Positions 34,004 to 34,489 of a DNA stretch of 34,489 nucleotides are shown one piece after another. The notes under the pieces were generated by a model, which worked only from the letters and a program-made list of their open reading frames with translations, made no database searches and had not been told where the DNA came from. Location of the stretch: positions 1-34,489 of the IMG/VR virus record IMGVR_UViG_3300027627_000015; one strand, written 5' to 3'. The stretch is from a virus. Lineage: Duplodnaviria > Caudoviricetes. The position numbers and the translations under genes were made by a program. Each line of letters opens with the position of its first letter. Positions within the stretch are counted from its first letter, which is position 1.

Positions 34004-34489
34004 ATGCCACTGACCTTGAAAGATATGGCGGACCACGTCTGCGAGCTTACCGGCTTGCTTGACGCGGACAGCAAGGCGATTGCGCGGACCTTCCTCCGCC
34101 GTCGCTATGAGATGGTCTATGACTCCCAGCTATGGGAGGACAGCAAAACCGTGGTGTCGTTGGCGACCACCTCTGCCGAGGTTGTCCTGCCGAACTGGGT
34201 GGACAAGGTGCTCGCCGTCAAAACGGCTGGAGCCAACCCCATTTACCTCGCCCCCGAAGCGATTGAAACCATCTGGCGGACCAATGCGTCCGCGTACGAC
34301 GAGGAGGGAGACTCTGTCGTTTATACGGAGCTGCCCCCCGTGGCGACCCACACCCATCCGGGTGGTGCCCGCGTGGAGTTGACCAGCTCCAGTGCTTCTG
34401 ATTTTGGTGCCGTGCGACTGCGCGGCTTGCACAACGGTTTGGAATGCGAGGAGACGGTGGTGCTGACCGGCGCGACCCCGGTGGTGAGC
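34004..34489 (+). CDS. Head-tail adaptor / tail tubular protein A-like (3' truncated)
   Basis: ATG at 34004, open to the window end (MPLTLKDMADHVCELTG...FLRRRYEMVY...W...VVLP); follows the capsid gene. Confidence 0.6.
   Translation, partial: MPLTLKDMADHVCELTGLLDADSKAIARTFLRRRYEMVYDSQLWEDSKTVVSLATTSAEVVLPNWVDKVLAVKTAGANPIYLAPEAIETIWRTNASAYDEEGDSVVYTELPPVATHTHPGGARVELTSSSASDFGAVRLRGLHNGLECEETVVLTGATPVVS

Larger units (their letters stand above)
1..34489. mobile_element. Temperate tailed phage (podovirus-like), partial and probably circularly permuted genome
   Basis: Terminase, portal, capsid, tail and ejection genes, PolA replication module, tyrosine integrase and an internal att core with phage genes on both sides; no host housekeeping genes seen. 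Confidence 0.95.

Overview
The whole window is one GC-rich temperate phage genome segment with podovirus-type (T7/P22/N4-like) architecture. It is apparently circularly permuted or excised, because phage genes continue on both sides of an attP core matching the 3' end of a tRNA-Gly(CCC). Order: tail collar, tail nozzle and three DNA-ejection genes including a 2270-aa polyvalent protein (+, 1-11341); a coupled replication operon (-, 11.3-20.2 kb: SF3 helicase, primase, PolA, dNMP kinase, SSB-like protein, Cas4-like nuclease, SF2 helicase, Hjc-like resolvase, HTH/Xis); an RHH regulator, tyrosine integrase, attP and iteron-like repeats (20.3-22.4 kb); an AAA+/vWA operon (-, 22.5-26.6 kb); and terminase, portal, holin/spanin, scaffold, capsid and adaptor genes (+, 26.7-34.5 kb). 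Most notable: (1) a complete type III hammerhead ribozyme ending a ~390-nt structured leader just upstream of the AAA+/vWA operon; (2) a SAM-lyase-like domain embedded in the giant ejection protein, immediately followed by a protein-like ORF nested in the +1 frame; (3) a dif-like XerCD site inside terS; (4) a shared operator-like motif over three promoters. All protein-family calls come from motif recognition by eye; no database searches were run.
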